Of a stretch of DNA of 64,000 nt, positions 24,481-37,960 are shown piece by piece. The position numbers and the translations under genes are program-made. Position 1 is the stretch's first letter, and the number at the start of each line of letters is the position of its first letter. The DNA comes from Octopus sinensis. Its lineage: Eukaryota. The DNA lies in NCBI RefSeq assembly GCF_006345805.1, contig NC_043010.1, positions 43,152,001 through 43,216,000 on the forward strand, written 5' to 3'. The notes below the pieces were generated by a model. The model was not told where the DNA came from and searched no databases. It was given only the letters and a program-made list of their open reading frames with translations.

Positions 24481-26394
24481 AATATATTTACATACATGAA
24501 TCTGGTAGGGTAGTAGTGGCTTCTGGAGTCCTTTGATCAGGGCACGTTGCCCTTGCTTTTCTTTATCTCTCCCCTGCTTACTTAGGACACATTGCCCTTG
24601 TTTTTCTTTATCTCTCCCTTGCTTGCTTACTTCTGTTCATGGTTGCTCCTCTTTAGTAGGCAACAGTCTCTGTTTTTTTTGACATGGACTACCTCCTACA
24701 GGGTGGTAGATAACTGCAGGTAGAGCTCGAATAGCTATTTCCAGAGCAAATTAAATTGACTCTGTTAAGTTAAGACAAATTACAGTCAAAATATTTCTGA
24801 CAAACTTTTTGATGAATCTGATCAATGTCACTTATTTGCTGAAAGCCAAATTTTTTGAAGGTTGGACTGATGCTTTGTCTTTGGCAAACATCAGTGTCTT
24901 ATTTAGCCAGGAATGAGTTCTGGGTGCTTTTTTGTTTCCAGGATCCTGTGAAAGTGAAAGTGAAAGTATTTTGTCAAAAAGTAGATGTTTCCCAGACTAA
25001 AAAGTCAGTTCTTTGATATACTTACATCCCTTTCCATGTTCTCACAGAACAAAAAATAGTGGCCAGTAGAGGCCCTGCTAAATATCATAAAGAATCCAGT
25101 GTGATAGCCAAATATTTTGTGATTAACAGGAACAAAACAAGGCTATTAGCTAAGTGTTAGAATGATTAACAGCAAATACACAAGTTGAGTACTTTTCTTC
25201 AACAGTGTGGTTTTCTTCATTATATGTGATTGTGTCCTGGTTGTGGTGAAGGTATGACATCCACAGAAGTGATACACCATGCAGATAGTTACCAATGGGA
25301 GGTATACCAAAGTTTTTCAAAATATTTGCCACGGAAGTCTTTGTCTAAGTAATTGATCTTATGTGTTATCATGCATATGACATTGCAGAAAAAGTGCTAA
25401 CTGGAAGAACTACTGCCACGATATAGCATTTTATTCAAAATCCAATTAAAATCAGCAGTGTCAGTATCAAATTGAAGAGAGTGAATTTGAACAATGATTT
25501 GTAGATAGATCCATTTATTATTTGTTTATAGAATAAATAATAAATCAATCTTTCATTTTCTTTTATGGAAACAATTTTGTGACCTGATAACTACTTACTG
25601 TTGACAAGATAAATATTTTTACTTTCATAGGGTCTTGGAAAAGGAGAAAAAAAAAAGGAAAAATAACCGAGTTTCAACCATCAGGATCAGGAATGATTTT
25701 TGTCAGAGAATGAAGCACTGGTGTGACAAGCTCTTGAATTCCTGAATTCGTTCATGCAGTGTCATTTCAACTGAGTGCCGGTCGCTCTGCTTGTCAGAGA
25801 TAAACTTAGTAATTATACAAACCCTAGATAGATCAAGTATCCCTTCAATTCTTGGTGCCCAGAGACACCAAGAAGAGATTTAATCGACTCACACTTTGCC
25901 CAGGTACCTTTATTAAGAAGACCACTTCTAGAGATACTTTCGCTTCAACATACATTTGTAATATCGTAAGGGAGGTGGAGGTTATTGCAGCCGTAATTGG
26001 ATGGAAGAAGACACTGAAACGCCTTAATCTGTCAGTCGACATTTTCAACCTGCAACATTTCAATCGTTTAGGAAGCTGCCCCGATGACTTAAGTTTTTGA
26101 CTTCGTTAGGGCCCCATCTCGAACAAGTATTACATGATGCTAATGAAGGTGCTTGGTTGTTACAGAACGTCAGCCTCACAGTCGCCTGGTTTTGGGGGTT
26201 GAGCCGTATAGCTTGAAGAATGTGCATGTGTGTTTATTATATTTATTCACTCATGATTTCTTTCTTTATTAACTTTTTTGGCCATATTTTTACTGTTTAC
26301 ATTCGAAAAATTGTGCTTCTTTTTTCGATAAAATTATCTTACTTTATTGCCTTAATTCACATTGAAAAAAGTTTTTGGAATAAGTTTTAATATC

Positions 26395-26769
26395 CTTTAC
26401 TTGTTTCAGTCATTAGACTGCGGCCATACTGGGGTACTGCCTTGAAGAATTTTTAGCCAAATGAATCGACCCCCTCCTCCCAGTGCTATTTTTTAAAGCC
26501 TGACACTTATTCTATCGATCTCATTTCGCCGAACCGGTAAGTTACGAAGATGTAAATGTCAAGCGATGGTGGGGTGACAAACACAGACACACCTACACAC
26601 ACGCAAATGTATATGATGGGCTTCTTTTAGCTTCCGCCTAACAATTCCACTCACAAGGCTTTGGTCAACCCAAGACTATAATAAAAAAAAAAACACTTGC
26701 CAAGGTGCCGCGCAGAGGGAATGAACCCGGAATCATGTGGACGTGAAGCAAGCTTCTTACCACACAACC
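26395..26769 (-). mobile_element. SINE family A
   Basis: Reverse complement of family A. Confidence 0.85.
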
Positions 26770-27769
26770 AAAAACAAAATTTTTAAACTTTATTTTCAGA
26801 AAAATAAAAAAGAGATTGAGAAGTAAACATTCATATTTTTATTGTTTAATACATACATTCATACATAGGTACATACATATATATATAATTTTTATACTAT
26901 ATATTAAAAAACATATTCAGCGGTAAGAGCATGAAGTTATCTCCCTTAGTTCGGATCCGCCTTCAATGTATTCACTTACCGTTTCTTTGCTAAAAAAATT
27001 CTGTAAATAAAACAACTGTCTGTCCGTGTGTCTTTACTTCAACTGTGTTTCTAGTGGCACTCACTCTAGCTTCTTGAGTTTCAAAAAGCGGAAGGGTAAC
27101 GACTGTCAAAAAAATTGGTAGGGCTTACCTGAAGAAATTAACTCTCCTATCCCTGCTACTCTTACTTGATAGGCGCTAACTTGGCAAGGTCTGTATTAAT
27201 CTGACATGTACTATGTCACCTCTTCCTGCTCCTCCTGCATTAACAACTGCTCCCCCACTCTATGTCTCTCGTTCTCTTTCACGTTTCACAGCACGCCCCC
27301 TCTTTTACTGCTTTGCAGTTTCTCTTATAACAAGCTTATGTTTTTTAACATCTAAGTGGATGTTATTGCGGATGGTGATGATGATGATGATGATGATGGT
27401 GATGGTGGTAGAAGGATATCGACCATGTTGGTGTGATAATAGCGATAATGTTGGTGAAAAATGGTGTTGATGAGAAATGATAATTATCTTTGGCTTTGGC
27501 TGCTGTTAGTTTTTGAAGTAGAGATATATAAGTCTATTGAACTTAGAAGACTACACGGACGAAAGAAAGTCCACTCCCGTAGGGTTTGAAACTGGAATTC
27601 AAAGAAATGAATCTTTATAATATTGTATCTTTAAATTTTTGAGTATGTTGTAAAAAACACTAATGGTTATGATAATCAGGATGATGATGATGATGGTGAT
27701 GAAAATGATGATATGAACAGGTGTTGATAGAAATCGTTTCTAAGTTACTTGCACATGCATATACTAATG

Positions 27770-27841
27770 TGTGGGTATATATATATATGCATGTATGTAT
27801 ATCTGTATGTATGTATGTTTGTGAATAAATGTGCATATATG

Positions 27842-27890
<49 letters not shown>

Positions 27891-27919
27891 TATATATCGC
27901 TAAACGATGATGATGATGA

Positions 27920-27960
<41 letters not shown>
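27770..27960. repeat. (TA)n/(GAT)n compound microsatellite
   Basis: Direct reading. Confidence 0.9.
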
Positions 27961-27963
<3 letters not shown>

Positions 27964-28059
27964 CGGAGATGTACTCGCATAGCAAGTAATTTGATCTGAG
28001 ATCGTATGCTGCAATTGTTGTATATATATATATATATATGGCATTAGGAAGGGCATCCA

Positions 28060-28310
28060 GTCATCATCATCATCATCATTGTTCGACTGTAGTCGAGACA
28101 ATGGAATTTACCATGCTACGCCAGACTTCACGATCCATCATGGCATTACAGAGGTCCTGTTGCTGGATGCCTGTATCCCTGGAGAACGTGATCAGAGACA
28201 GGACCCGGCAAAGCAGGGGCTGGACCTATATCCGCAGGTATACCATTAGGTCTGGTTCCCTGGGGAAGAGGAACCCTGGTGCAGTTAATTGTAAATTCCA
28301 TAGTCTTTTC
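28060..28310 (-). mobile_element. RTE LINE extreme 3' end with (GAT)n tail
   Basis: Minus strand: SRDTGIQQQDLCNAMMDREVWRSMVNSIVSTTVEQ* followed by tgatgatga. Confidence 0.7.
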
Positions 28311-28569
28311 AAATGGCTAATAATGTGTGCGCGCCACTACTACATAGAAACCATGCCAAAACAGGCAAATGGAAGGTGATCAGTGTTCCAGCTGACCAAA
28401 TCCTGTGAAACTGTCCAACCCATGCTAGCATGGAGAACAGACATTGAAAAGTGATAATGATGATGATGATGAAATATATGTGTGTATGTGTGTGCATGTG
28501 TGTGTGTGTTAATAACACCTAGAAGGAGGTACTTTTTCCACTCATGAAAGTGAATGGAGTTTTAGCCAG

Positions 28570-29028
28570 CAGGAACTGATGTCATCAGATGGTACCCAAT
28601 ATTCACCAGGTGTTTTTGACTCTGAACTGTGACACCCACCTGTTGGTGGGTCAGCACAGGTGGCAGAATCACTATTCTTCATTTCCTCCTGGCTTCCAGC
28701 TTAACTCCTCTCTCTTATTCCAAAGCTAACAAGAGGCTCTTGGAACTTCCTTTTCCGTCCTGCACACAGTCTCCTTTTACTCCTTTCCTCTCATTCCAAT
28801 GGCTGTAAGCATTCCTCCATGCCAACTGAGCAGAAATCCCCTACAGCCAATCTCAACTGAGAAAAGCCATAACTGCCATCCCTTCTCCCTGCAATCTTGC
28901 AGAAGGTTCTCATAATTGGCATGTTTCAATTTGTGGGCCTCATCTCAAGGGACTGTGAGCTCAATGAAGATAATTTTCTTGGTCTTTTCAGACAACAGAA
29001 CCACATCTGGCCTCAGAGTTGTATGGAC
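28570..29028 (-). mobile_element. Hero/NeSL-type non-LTR retrotransposon 3' end (restriction-like endonuclease domain plus 3'UTR), decayed
   Basis: Minus strand: HTTLRPDVVLLSEKTKKIIFIELTVP*DEAHKLKHANYENLLQDCREKGW..VEIGCRGF...RASC*LWNKR, matching the RPD..ELT..K..KY RLE signature. Confidence 0.8.
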
Positions 29029-29538
29029 AGCCTAGGGACCATTAATAGATATAGCAATTTGGATTATGAAATTCCACATAGAATTAGGAAAGCAAGTGTT
29101 GCTTTCGGAAGGCTAGAAAAGCACCTCTGGAGTCGGTGAGACATATGCAGAAAGACAAAGATAAAGGTGTACAAGGCATGTGTGCTTCCTTCTCTTCTCT
29201 ATGCCCGTGAGATATGGGTCACATATCGATACCACCTTAAACAACTGGAACGTTTCCATCAGATGTGCCTCAGATGGATTTATGGCATTAAGTGGAAGGA
29301 CCGCATCAGTGATCTTGAAATATTGGAAGGCTCTCGGTGTGAAAGTATAGAAGCTCTTGTGTTAAAGCAAAGGCTCAGATGGAGTGGTCATCTGGTTAGG
29401 ATGAAGGATTCAAGTATGCCAAAACAACTCTTTTATGGAGAGTTAGCTAAAGGAGAACGACCTCCACATAAACCAAAAAAGAGGTATAAGGACTTGCTGA
29501 AGGCTTCTTTAAGAGTGCTAAGAGTACCATACGAGTGA
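29029..29538 (+). mobile_element. RTE (BovB-like) LINE fragment
   Basis: LGT..EIPHRIRKASVAFGRL..KVYKACVLPSLLY..LRWSGHLVRM..PKQLFYGEL..G.RPPHKPKKRYKD; in-frame stops present. Confidence 0.9.
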
Positions 29539-29539
29539 G

Positions 29540-29946
29540 ATTGTTGCCAGAGCAACAAGCTGGCCTCCGTGATGATGGCATGTTAAAAACACCATTCGAG
29601 CATGATCATTACCTGCATCACCTTACTAGCACTTGTGCTGGTGGCACGTGAAAAAAACATTCGAGCGAGGTTGTTGCCAGTGCCGCTGGACTGGCTCCTG
29701 TGCAGGTGGCACATAAAAAGCACCATTTGAATGTGGCCGTTGCCAGTACTGCCTGACTGGCCCTCGTGCCAGTGGCATGTAAAAGCACCCACTACACTCT
29801 CGGAGTGGTTGGCATTAGGAAGGGCATCCAGCTGTAGAAACTCTGCCAGATCAGATTGGAGCGTGGTGCAGCCATCTGGTTTGCCAGTCCTCAGTCAAAT
29901 CGTCCAACCCATGGTAGCATGGAAAGTGGATGTTAAACGATGGTGA
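29540..29946 (+). mobile_element. Repeat family D with internal tandem subunits
   Basis: gtggttggcattaggaagggcatccagctgtagaaa...ccaacccatggtagcatggaaagtggatgttaaacgatg. Confidence 0.8.
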
Positions 29947-30091
29947 TTTATGCAAGTTTCCATCTACCAAATTCATCCAAAAGTCTTTAGTCAACCTGGG
30001 TGTATCGTAGAAAACACTTGTCCAAAGTGACATACAGTAGTACTGAACCTGAAACCATGTAACTGTAAAATAAATTTCTTAGCCACATGGC
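29947..30091 (-). mobile_element. SINE family A, 5' half
   Basis: Degenerate reverse complement of the family A head. Confidence 0.65.
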
Positions 30092-30341
30092 CTTGTTAAT
30101 GAGTGTGTTTGTATGTCTGTATTCATATATCTATATTTGTATAAGTGTATGCTTATATGGTGTGTGTGCGTGCATATGTGTGTGTGTGTGTATGTATGTG
30201 TGTACTTGTTATTAGTGTATATATGCTTGAAGATTCATGTATAAGCAAGTGGATATATGTATGAGTATATGCATATTTGTGTATATACATGCATAAGTTC
30301 ACACTCATGCATATATGCATGTAAGATTGTGTAGGGTTTAA

Positions 30342-30666
30342 ATGGCACTCCATCAGTTATGACGACTAGGGCTCCATTTGATCTGATCAACAGAACGGCC
30401 TGCTCATGAAATTAACATGCAAGTAGCTGAGCACTCCACGGACATGTATCCCCTTAACATAGTTCTCAGGGAGATTCAGCATAACACAGAATGTGACAAG
30501 GCTGGCCATTTGAATTATGGGTACTACTCATTTTTGCCAGCTGAGTGGACTGGAGCAACATGAAATAAAGTGTCTTGCTCAAGGACACAATACGTTGCTA
30601 GGAATGGAACTCACAACCTTATGTTTGTGAGTTGCATACTTCTCACTACTAAACCACATGCCTTCT
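30342..30666 (-). mobile_element. tRNA-derived SINE sharing the family C tail but with a different CORE-like body
   Basis: Tail aligns to 7143-7270; body tgtccttgagcaagacactttatttc differs from family C. Confidence 0.8.
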
Positions 30667-31218
30667 CAGGATGTATGAATATATCATATACATGTATATA
30701 TTTCAGTATTCATATATGTTTAAGGCAATCACTGCAAAAGTATCTCTCATAGATTGCAGGATTTATGTATTCATTTACTTATCTAATTACATATACTCAC
30801 TTATTATAATTTACTATTACTGACTTAATTAGCTATCTATTTTCTGTTTGTTTTCTTTATTTCTTTATTTGTATATGATCATGAAGCTAGAAATTACACA
30901 TCTGCTTTCATTTAATATGTAATGATATTCTTTGATTATTCCTTCTGACTCTAATTCATTGACTTTATATTTTGTGAAGAAACAATTCAAACTGCTATGA
31001 GTTAAATTTCTTCCAAAGTTTTGAATCCCAAGCACATGCTATGAAATGACTTTGATGTATTTACAGATGTATTCTCAGATTAATGAAGGCTGAGATTATC
31101 CACTGAAACAATAAATCAATAAAATGATTGCTATTCATTCTAGAATTATCTATATAAAATGTGTTGAGTCCTCTTTTGGATTTCTGGTATCCTTGATCTT
31201 GATCTTTGATTCAAATGG

Positions 31219-31408
31219 AAGGTGTTTATAAGCCATTTAAGAAACACACAAAAACCATTAGATTCACTTCAGTATTTAAATTTAATTTGTCAAAATATTT
31301 TCGTCACTTTTCGTCTCAAAGCGACGAAAATATTTTGACAAATTAAATTTAAATATTGAAGTGAATCTAACGGTTTTGTGTGTTTCTTAAATGGCTTATA
31401 AACACCTT
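31219..31408. repeat. About 190-bp near-perfect foldback palindrome
   Basis: aaggtgtttataagccatttaagaaacacac...ttttcgtc and its reverse complement with a loop of about 10 nt. Confidence 0.95.
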
Positions 31409-32719
31409 TCACGCTGCAATTGTTTTCGTTCCAGCACACGATCTCAGATCAAGTCACTCGCTATGCAAGTACATCTCCGTAATTTGATTCAAGTGTTTTC
31501 CTATATATATATATCCTGTTAATTATAATAATGGTATTTATATAAGCCTAAAGCTTATAACGATCACCGTGCAATTTCGCACTGAAATATATATATATGT
31601 TGTCAGTGGATCATGTCTCTGAAAAAGAAGCACACTCTAAAAGTTAGACAAGTGATGTATTTACATGAAGTTAAATATATGTCAAGTCATAGAGTGATTA
31701 ATGGTTTTTGCATCCATAAAATGCTTAGCTTTATAGATGATTCGTCAGACTCCAGTGGCCACAGGCCACATCTAATTTATAAGCAAACAAATAATATACT
31801 GTCTGAGCCTTAAATGGGACAGGTTATTGCCCTTAGAATGGTCCGGTCAGCAAATCTTATTAACCTAAAGGGCAGACTGGGAATCTCTACCATTAGGTTA
31901 GTTCTGGTCTGCAAATACTTTTTACAACCCTAACTGATGAATGAGGAATTCCATACCTGCCACAAGTAACATTTGAAATGGTGGTAGGGCCTATAGATCT
32001 CAAGTCTTGAGTTTAGGAGAGACTCTGGGTCCAGCAAATCTTTAAGGATCCTTGCCCGCTCTGCTATGCAAAGCTTGCATCATCTGCTCCCATAGGATCC
32101 CAACTGCTCTATATAGATCCTTCATTTAATTTTGTATGGCGTTCCTTCATCCTTAAGGAGCTACATGTGGCTGGCCAGGGATGTGACATAGCATTTTTCC
32201 AGAACCCTAAAAGAGGACCTGTGGTTTTACCTCAGCTCAAATTCCATTTTTACATGAGGAGATACATAGTTACCTAGCTAGAGAGGAAGAGTGAGAGATA
32301 GCAAGAGTGCAGGAGAGAGATGGTGGTAAAGTGCCAGGGTATACTCACAAAAAACAGATCAGAGCATAGATGGGATGGTAGAATAAGGACGAAAGAGATA
32401 AATGGTGGCAAGTGCCAGAACATATCCTCAAGCTATGGAGCCTATAATATAAGTGGCAAAGTATTGCCAAGAAAGGCATGAGTAGAGAAGTTGAGATGCA
32501 GTGACTAGTGAGAATCTAGAATTATATAGGGGGTGGGGATAGCAACAATACAGTGAGCAGGGCAGTGAGGATAGGGTTGGGGAGTGGGAGATAATCATAG
32601 TGTATGTAGAGGAAATGTGTGGAAGAGGATAGAAAGATGCTGTTTGGGAGAGGCGATAAAGTTTGGTTTGTTGGGGTAGGGTGTGTAAAAATTTTTGTTG
32701 CTACATGTGGGTGGGACAC

Positions 32720-32980
32720 AATACTTCTAGAACTCATTTTCACTGACATGGGCAGGTCTTCTCTAGAACCTCATATTGCCAGACATCTTGGTCCATTGTC
32801 ATTTTCTCCATGAGCCCCAACATCCTGAGATCGGTCCTCTGCACTTCTTCTCATGTCTTCCTGGGTCTCCCTCTTCCACAGGTATCGTCCAGTTTCAGTG
32901 ACTGGCACTTCTTTATACAGCTGTCTTCATTCATATGCATCACATGTCCAAACCAACATAGTCTACTCTCTTGCATAGTT
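32720..32980 (-). mobile_element. RTE LINE 3' fragment
   Basis: Minus strand: MQESRLCWFGHVMHMNEDSCIKKC..GRGRPRKT..DLRMLGL..DQDVW. Confidence 0.8.
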
Positions 32981-33042
32981 GTTAAATGAAATATGGTGTT
33001 CCTACCAGCAATCAATCAATATATATATATATATATTCTTAT

Positions 33043-33404
33043 TCTTTTACTTGTTTCAGTGATTTGGCTGTGGCCATGCTGGAGCACCGCCTTTAATCGA
33101 GCAAATCAACCCCTAGTTGTAAGCCTAGTACTTATTTTATCAGTCTCTTTTGCCAAACTGCTAAGTTACAGGTACATGAACGCACCAGCATTGATTGTCA
33201 AGTGATGTTGGGGGGACAGATACAGACACACGAACATATACACACATACACACACTCACACACATATGATGAGCTTCTTTCAGTTTCTGTTTAGGAAATT
33301 CACTCACAAGGCTTTGGTTCGCCTGAGGCTATAGTAGAAGACACTTGCCCAAGATGCTATGCAATGGGACTGAACCTGGACCCATGTGGCTGGTAACCAA
33401 ACTA
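33043..33404 (-). mobile_element. SINE family A
   Basis: Reverse complement of family A. Confidence 0.85.
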
Positions 33405-34266
33405 CATTCCACGTTATACTTACATTATATATAGATAAACAAATTTTAAATTGTAACCAATGACTTTTGGCATTATGTGACTTTGGTTGCTTCCACAGGT
33501 TCTGAGACTTATTGTTTCCTCTTTAAGTTAACACCCTACACATGATCTGACAATGATAATGTAGACCTAAAACTACTAAATATACTATATTGTAAAGTTG
33601 CAGGTGGAAACCTGACAAAATCAAAACTGATAAAATTATATCAAATCCTACACAGTATAATGTGTCAAATAATTTTATCTAAATTTCTCTTTCTGTCACT
33701 GTACATTAAAATTTGTTTTTCTAGTAGTAACTCTATTTTGCCTTTGACAGATCATGTTTGTATGGGCAATACATGGTCCAGTAATGAGATCAGTAAATTT
33801 ACTTTGACATTCCCCTTACATATCTGCACTTCACTCTACTTGAATAAGGCAAACACACATACCCATGTGCATACATGCATACATTAACTCATCACATATT
33901 AACAGTACTTGTTGGTTGCTTGGTGATACTAAAAGAGTTAATACAAGCTATCTTCTATTACTTTTTCTTCCCTCCCTTACTGTCTTCTACTGTAACTAGA
34001 CCACCTCCTGCATAACTACAATTAACAATTCAACCCTGCTATCTTTGCCTCCTACTATTGCTACTCCTACCTTCATTATATGACTATAACTTCTATTTCC
34101 TATGTAGATGTCGTTTTCATTTGGAGATGGGCTTGGAATATAATGACTATCAAGGGTATCTTGTGCCACAGATTGCTGCTTGCAGGAGATATATTCTCTC
34201 ATTCATTATGTATATACATGCACACATGAGTCTAAGAATATATATATATATATATATGTATACATC

Positions 34267-34340
<74 letters not shown>

Positions 34341-35379
34341 TCTCTTCCTTCCCATACACATATACATATTTAATCATAGGTAAAAAAAACAATTTACATA
34401 ACTGTTAAGTTCACTTAAGTCCCCATAGATTTATGCTCATCAGATATGCCTGCTCAGATCTGAAATGGCACATTTGATGACTGTAGGTCACAGGACAGTT
34501 AAGAGGAGCTATTAGTTTTGTAATCTGCTCTGTTCATATATTTTTATAAAAAAATGGAGAAAATATATTTATTCTCACCATTTTATATATTGAATAATCT
34601 TTCTCTTTTGGCATATGAACCACACCCAATTACATTTATATATACCATTGTTATCATCATCATCATCATTTAATGTTTGTTTTCCATGTTGGCACAAGTC
34701 AGAAGGTCTGACATGATCCAAAAGCTGCAGAGTCCTCATCAGAATCCAGTGTCTGTTTGGTATGATTTTTATGGCTAGACATCCTTCCTAATGCCAACCA
34801 CTTTACAGTATGTGTTGCTAAGGAAAGTTGCCAAGTGACATGCAAGACAAAGAAAAGAAAAGAAAGTAAAAGGAAAAAAGCTCCTCCAACTGAATAAGAT
34901 TGTATTTGAGAGAGGGGCTGGTGGCTTTATATCAGGTGTTGAAGGCCTAAGTATGATAGAGTGACAAGTAGAGGTGCTTTAGAGGAGATATATGACTACC
35001 CCACCTCACACCCTTGTGTATTATATGTAGATAGCTTCATAACAAATGACACCAACTTCATTATCTTGGCTGGGCAGCATCATGATGACTACTCCAGAGT
35101 ACGTAGAGACTATTGCTATGGTTCTAGAAAAAAATGCTTCTAGATATTTATGAGGCAAATGAACAAACCATGAATTTTAGGAAACTAATCAGTGTACATA
35201 ACACTGAGAGAAGCTGAATGGAAGATAATAACCAGTGTTCTATGATGAAGGGATCAGAAGTGTGAGGTGTTCTGGATTGCAAAACAGTGTATCATTGGAG
35301 AAAAATGTGTTTGAAATGATTTACTCATACTGACGCCGAGAAGAAAGAGGCTTATAAATATGTCTACGAGAGGCTATTG

Positions 35380-36400
35380 TGGAAAATTTATGGGAAGAAG
35401 AGGGATTTCTACAGGTGTATCAAACCAATAGACCAAGTTATGAAAGAAACTGAACGAATATGAACACAATTTATAAAGAGAATCAGTTTAGATGAGATGC
35501 AATTTAGATTTGTGTTTGGCCATTCCACTACCAGTTCTGTTTTCATAATGAGACAACTGCAAGTGAAGTTTTTAGCTAAGAGTATACTCCTCAACCTAGC
35601 ATTTATTAATCTGGAGTAGGCCCTGACCTATGATTTGGTGGTCTTCAAGTGTAGAAGAATGATTTGTGAGAGTGATGTCAGTCATGTACATAGAGGGAGT
35701 TGGTAAAGTGAGAGTTAGCAATGAGTTCAGTGTGGAAATAAGTGACTAGATAGGTATTCCTCATAATTTGGTTACCAGAGAGAGAGAGGGAGATAAATGG
35801 TGACAAGATTCAGTGATGAAACTTCAAGTGTGGAAATAAAACCTAGAACTGAGAAGCCTTAATTCTAGGTTTTGAGAAACCTCATAGTAGACTGAAATTT
35901 TAGTATGTCGGAAAGACCCTGCAGACATCCAAGAGATGATTGTTTTCAAAATGCAGAAAAGGAGTTGGTGGTAAGTTTGTATGGTGTACCCATGTGAATG
36001 AGGAGGGGCAAGATGTGTATTAGGATTGTAAGTAGACTATCAGAGGGGGAAAATACTTTATGCATAGTAGATGAAGCAGTCAGAGCACAATAAAATAAAT
36101 TCCATTCATTGCTTGGTAGGTTCTATAGAAATAGCTGAAGATGCTCTGAAAGTATAATAGCTAGAATATTGAGGGTGGAAAACGTTCTGAAGGTTATTAC
36201 TGCTATAGGCAGTAAAGGGAATCGCTGAGATTGTATGATGCTTGTGTATGAAGAGTAATGTTGCATGGTAAAGACACAAGCACTGAATACAGAGAATGCA
36301 TGAAGTTTGGAAAGAAACAAAGTGATTTTGTTCTGAGAAGTGCATTATGTTAGCATGCATGAACAATAAGACACAGAGGAGCTAAGAGGAAAAACTGGGT
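35380..36400 (+). mobile_element. RTE LINE RT fragment, heavily decayed
   Basis: LDEMQFRFVFGHSTTSSVFIMRQLQ..LAFINLE..; later LYDACV..MLHG..; same family as 13200-14297. Confidence 0.75.
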
Positions 36401-37494
36401 ATAAGAGGAATGAGGTGTTATGCATAAGAGAGATGACTGTATTGGTACAGGAAGGGTGTCTGTTGGGGAAAAGATGTGCTGTAAAATCCAAGTGGAATGG
36501 AATTGAGGAAGAAGAAAATTGAAGAAAATATGAGCAGCATGGTGGAAGTTGATTTCAGTGGTTGTTGAACCTCACAAAGGAAATGACAAAAGAATGCAAC
36601 AAGTGGCATGATACTGTATTGGAGCAGAATCGACCAATTCAGTTTTCATTTTCACATTTCTTTTTTTTTTTTTAATATTTATGACTTATACATTGTCACA
36701 CTGAGAAAATTTAGGAATGGAGCAAAGTAATTATATATATGCTAGAGTGTTGCCTATTGGGATGTATAATGTTAGGAATATGATTTTTCCACTGTGGGTA
36801 ACAGCATGCAATGTTAGGTACAATAATCATATTTTTACTTTGGTCAAATTTCATGATGTTTGTAATGAAATCAATACTAATTTTCGAAATAAGAAATTAT
36901 TAAATTAAAATAAAATAAATTTCTTATTAATAAATTTGCTGTAAGAATACAAAATCAATAACATTAAACTACTTAACTATCAATTCATTGCAGATGTAAC
37001 ATATTGGTTAATTCCATACAAGACAGTTTGAATTGTTTGTGTGACCAAGAAATCAATATTGAGCATTCTTACTAACATTATTCATTATATGATAGTCAAC
37101 ACTCTAGCACAGTGAATTATGAATACCCTGTTTAACCTCTAAGTTTTCTCAACACAACAAAGAATAATTATAATTATTATTTTTTTTTAATGAGAAAAAT
37201 GAACATTTTTAATTCCTCTCTTTTACAATATGTATTATTTCCTTTTCTTTGACAAGTAGTGGAGAAACAGAGAAACAGTATAGGGTTGGAGTAACTTAAC
37301 ACATTTAGTTTTGTACCTATATCTTCTGAGTTAAAATTCTGCCAGATTCAATTTTTCTTTCATCTCTCCCAGGGAGATCAAATGTATGATAAGCTATAAA
37401 CAATTGAAGTGTTTGAGACTTTTCCTCTGCCAATGTACAGAAATTATTAGTTTTCTCTTTATTTTCTTTCTCCTTCTCTTTATCTCTTTTCCAG

Positions 37495-37960
37495 ATAATC
37501 CTACAAATTCCAGACTGTTTGAACTTACTTCTTTGACCAAGATATCAAACCACATGCACAATCCAAATTCCAATTACAAAATGCTTGTTATTACAGAACA
37601 CTGATGAAATACCAGCTGCATTCAATAATTTGTAAATCAATATCAGTTTCCTGCCATTTTACATTCATTTTGAGAAGGTTGTTGCTTATTGACAGATTTT
37701 GAATAATTTTCACAATTATGTTTGATAGAAAAACAACTCACTAGCATTAACTGATAAACTTTAATAAACTGATGACCATAGGTAAATTGATCAATAGAGA
37801 GTAATAATGATATTTTAACGATTATTGATGAATATCATTCAGTTATCATTTGGGAATTATCACTAATTATGGAACACATATATTGGTAACAAATACTGGT
37901 TGATAGGTAGAAAACTGAAAGTCATTGACAGATAACCCTCAGATGATTTGAAGAAAATAG
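37495..37960 (+). other. Candidate non-coding upstream exon of ZNF-B
   Basis: Long polypyrimidine tract ending ttttccAG at 37493-37494; possible donors at 37782 (GTAAAT) and 37961 (GTATGA); no transcript evidence. Confidence 0.2.

Noticed and set aside
24760-25480. Possible DNA-transposase remnant (HGK-like motif on the minus strand)
   Set aside because: Similarity is too weak and frame-broken to assign by eye.
28570-29538. Twin-priming 5' inversion of a single RTE element
   Set aside because: The minus-strand half translates to an RLE endonuclease domain, so it belongs to a different element.
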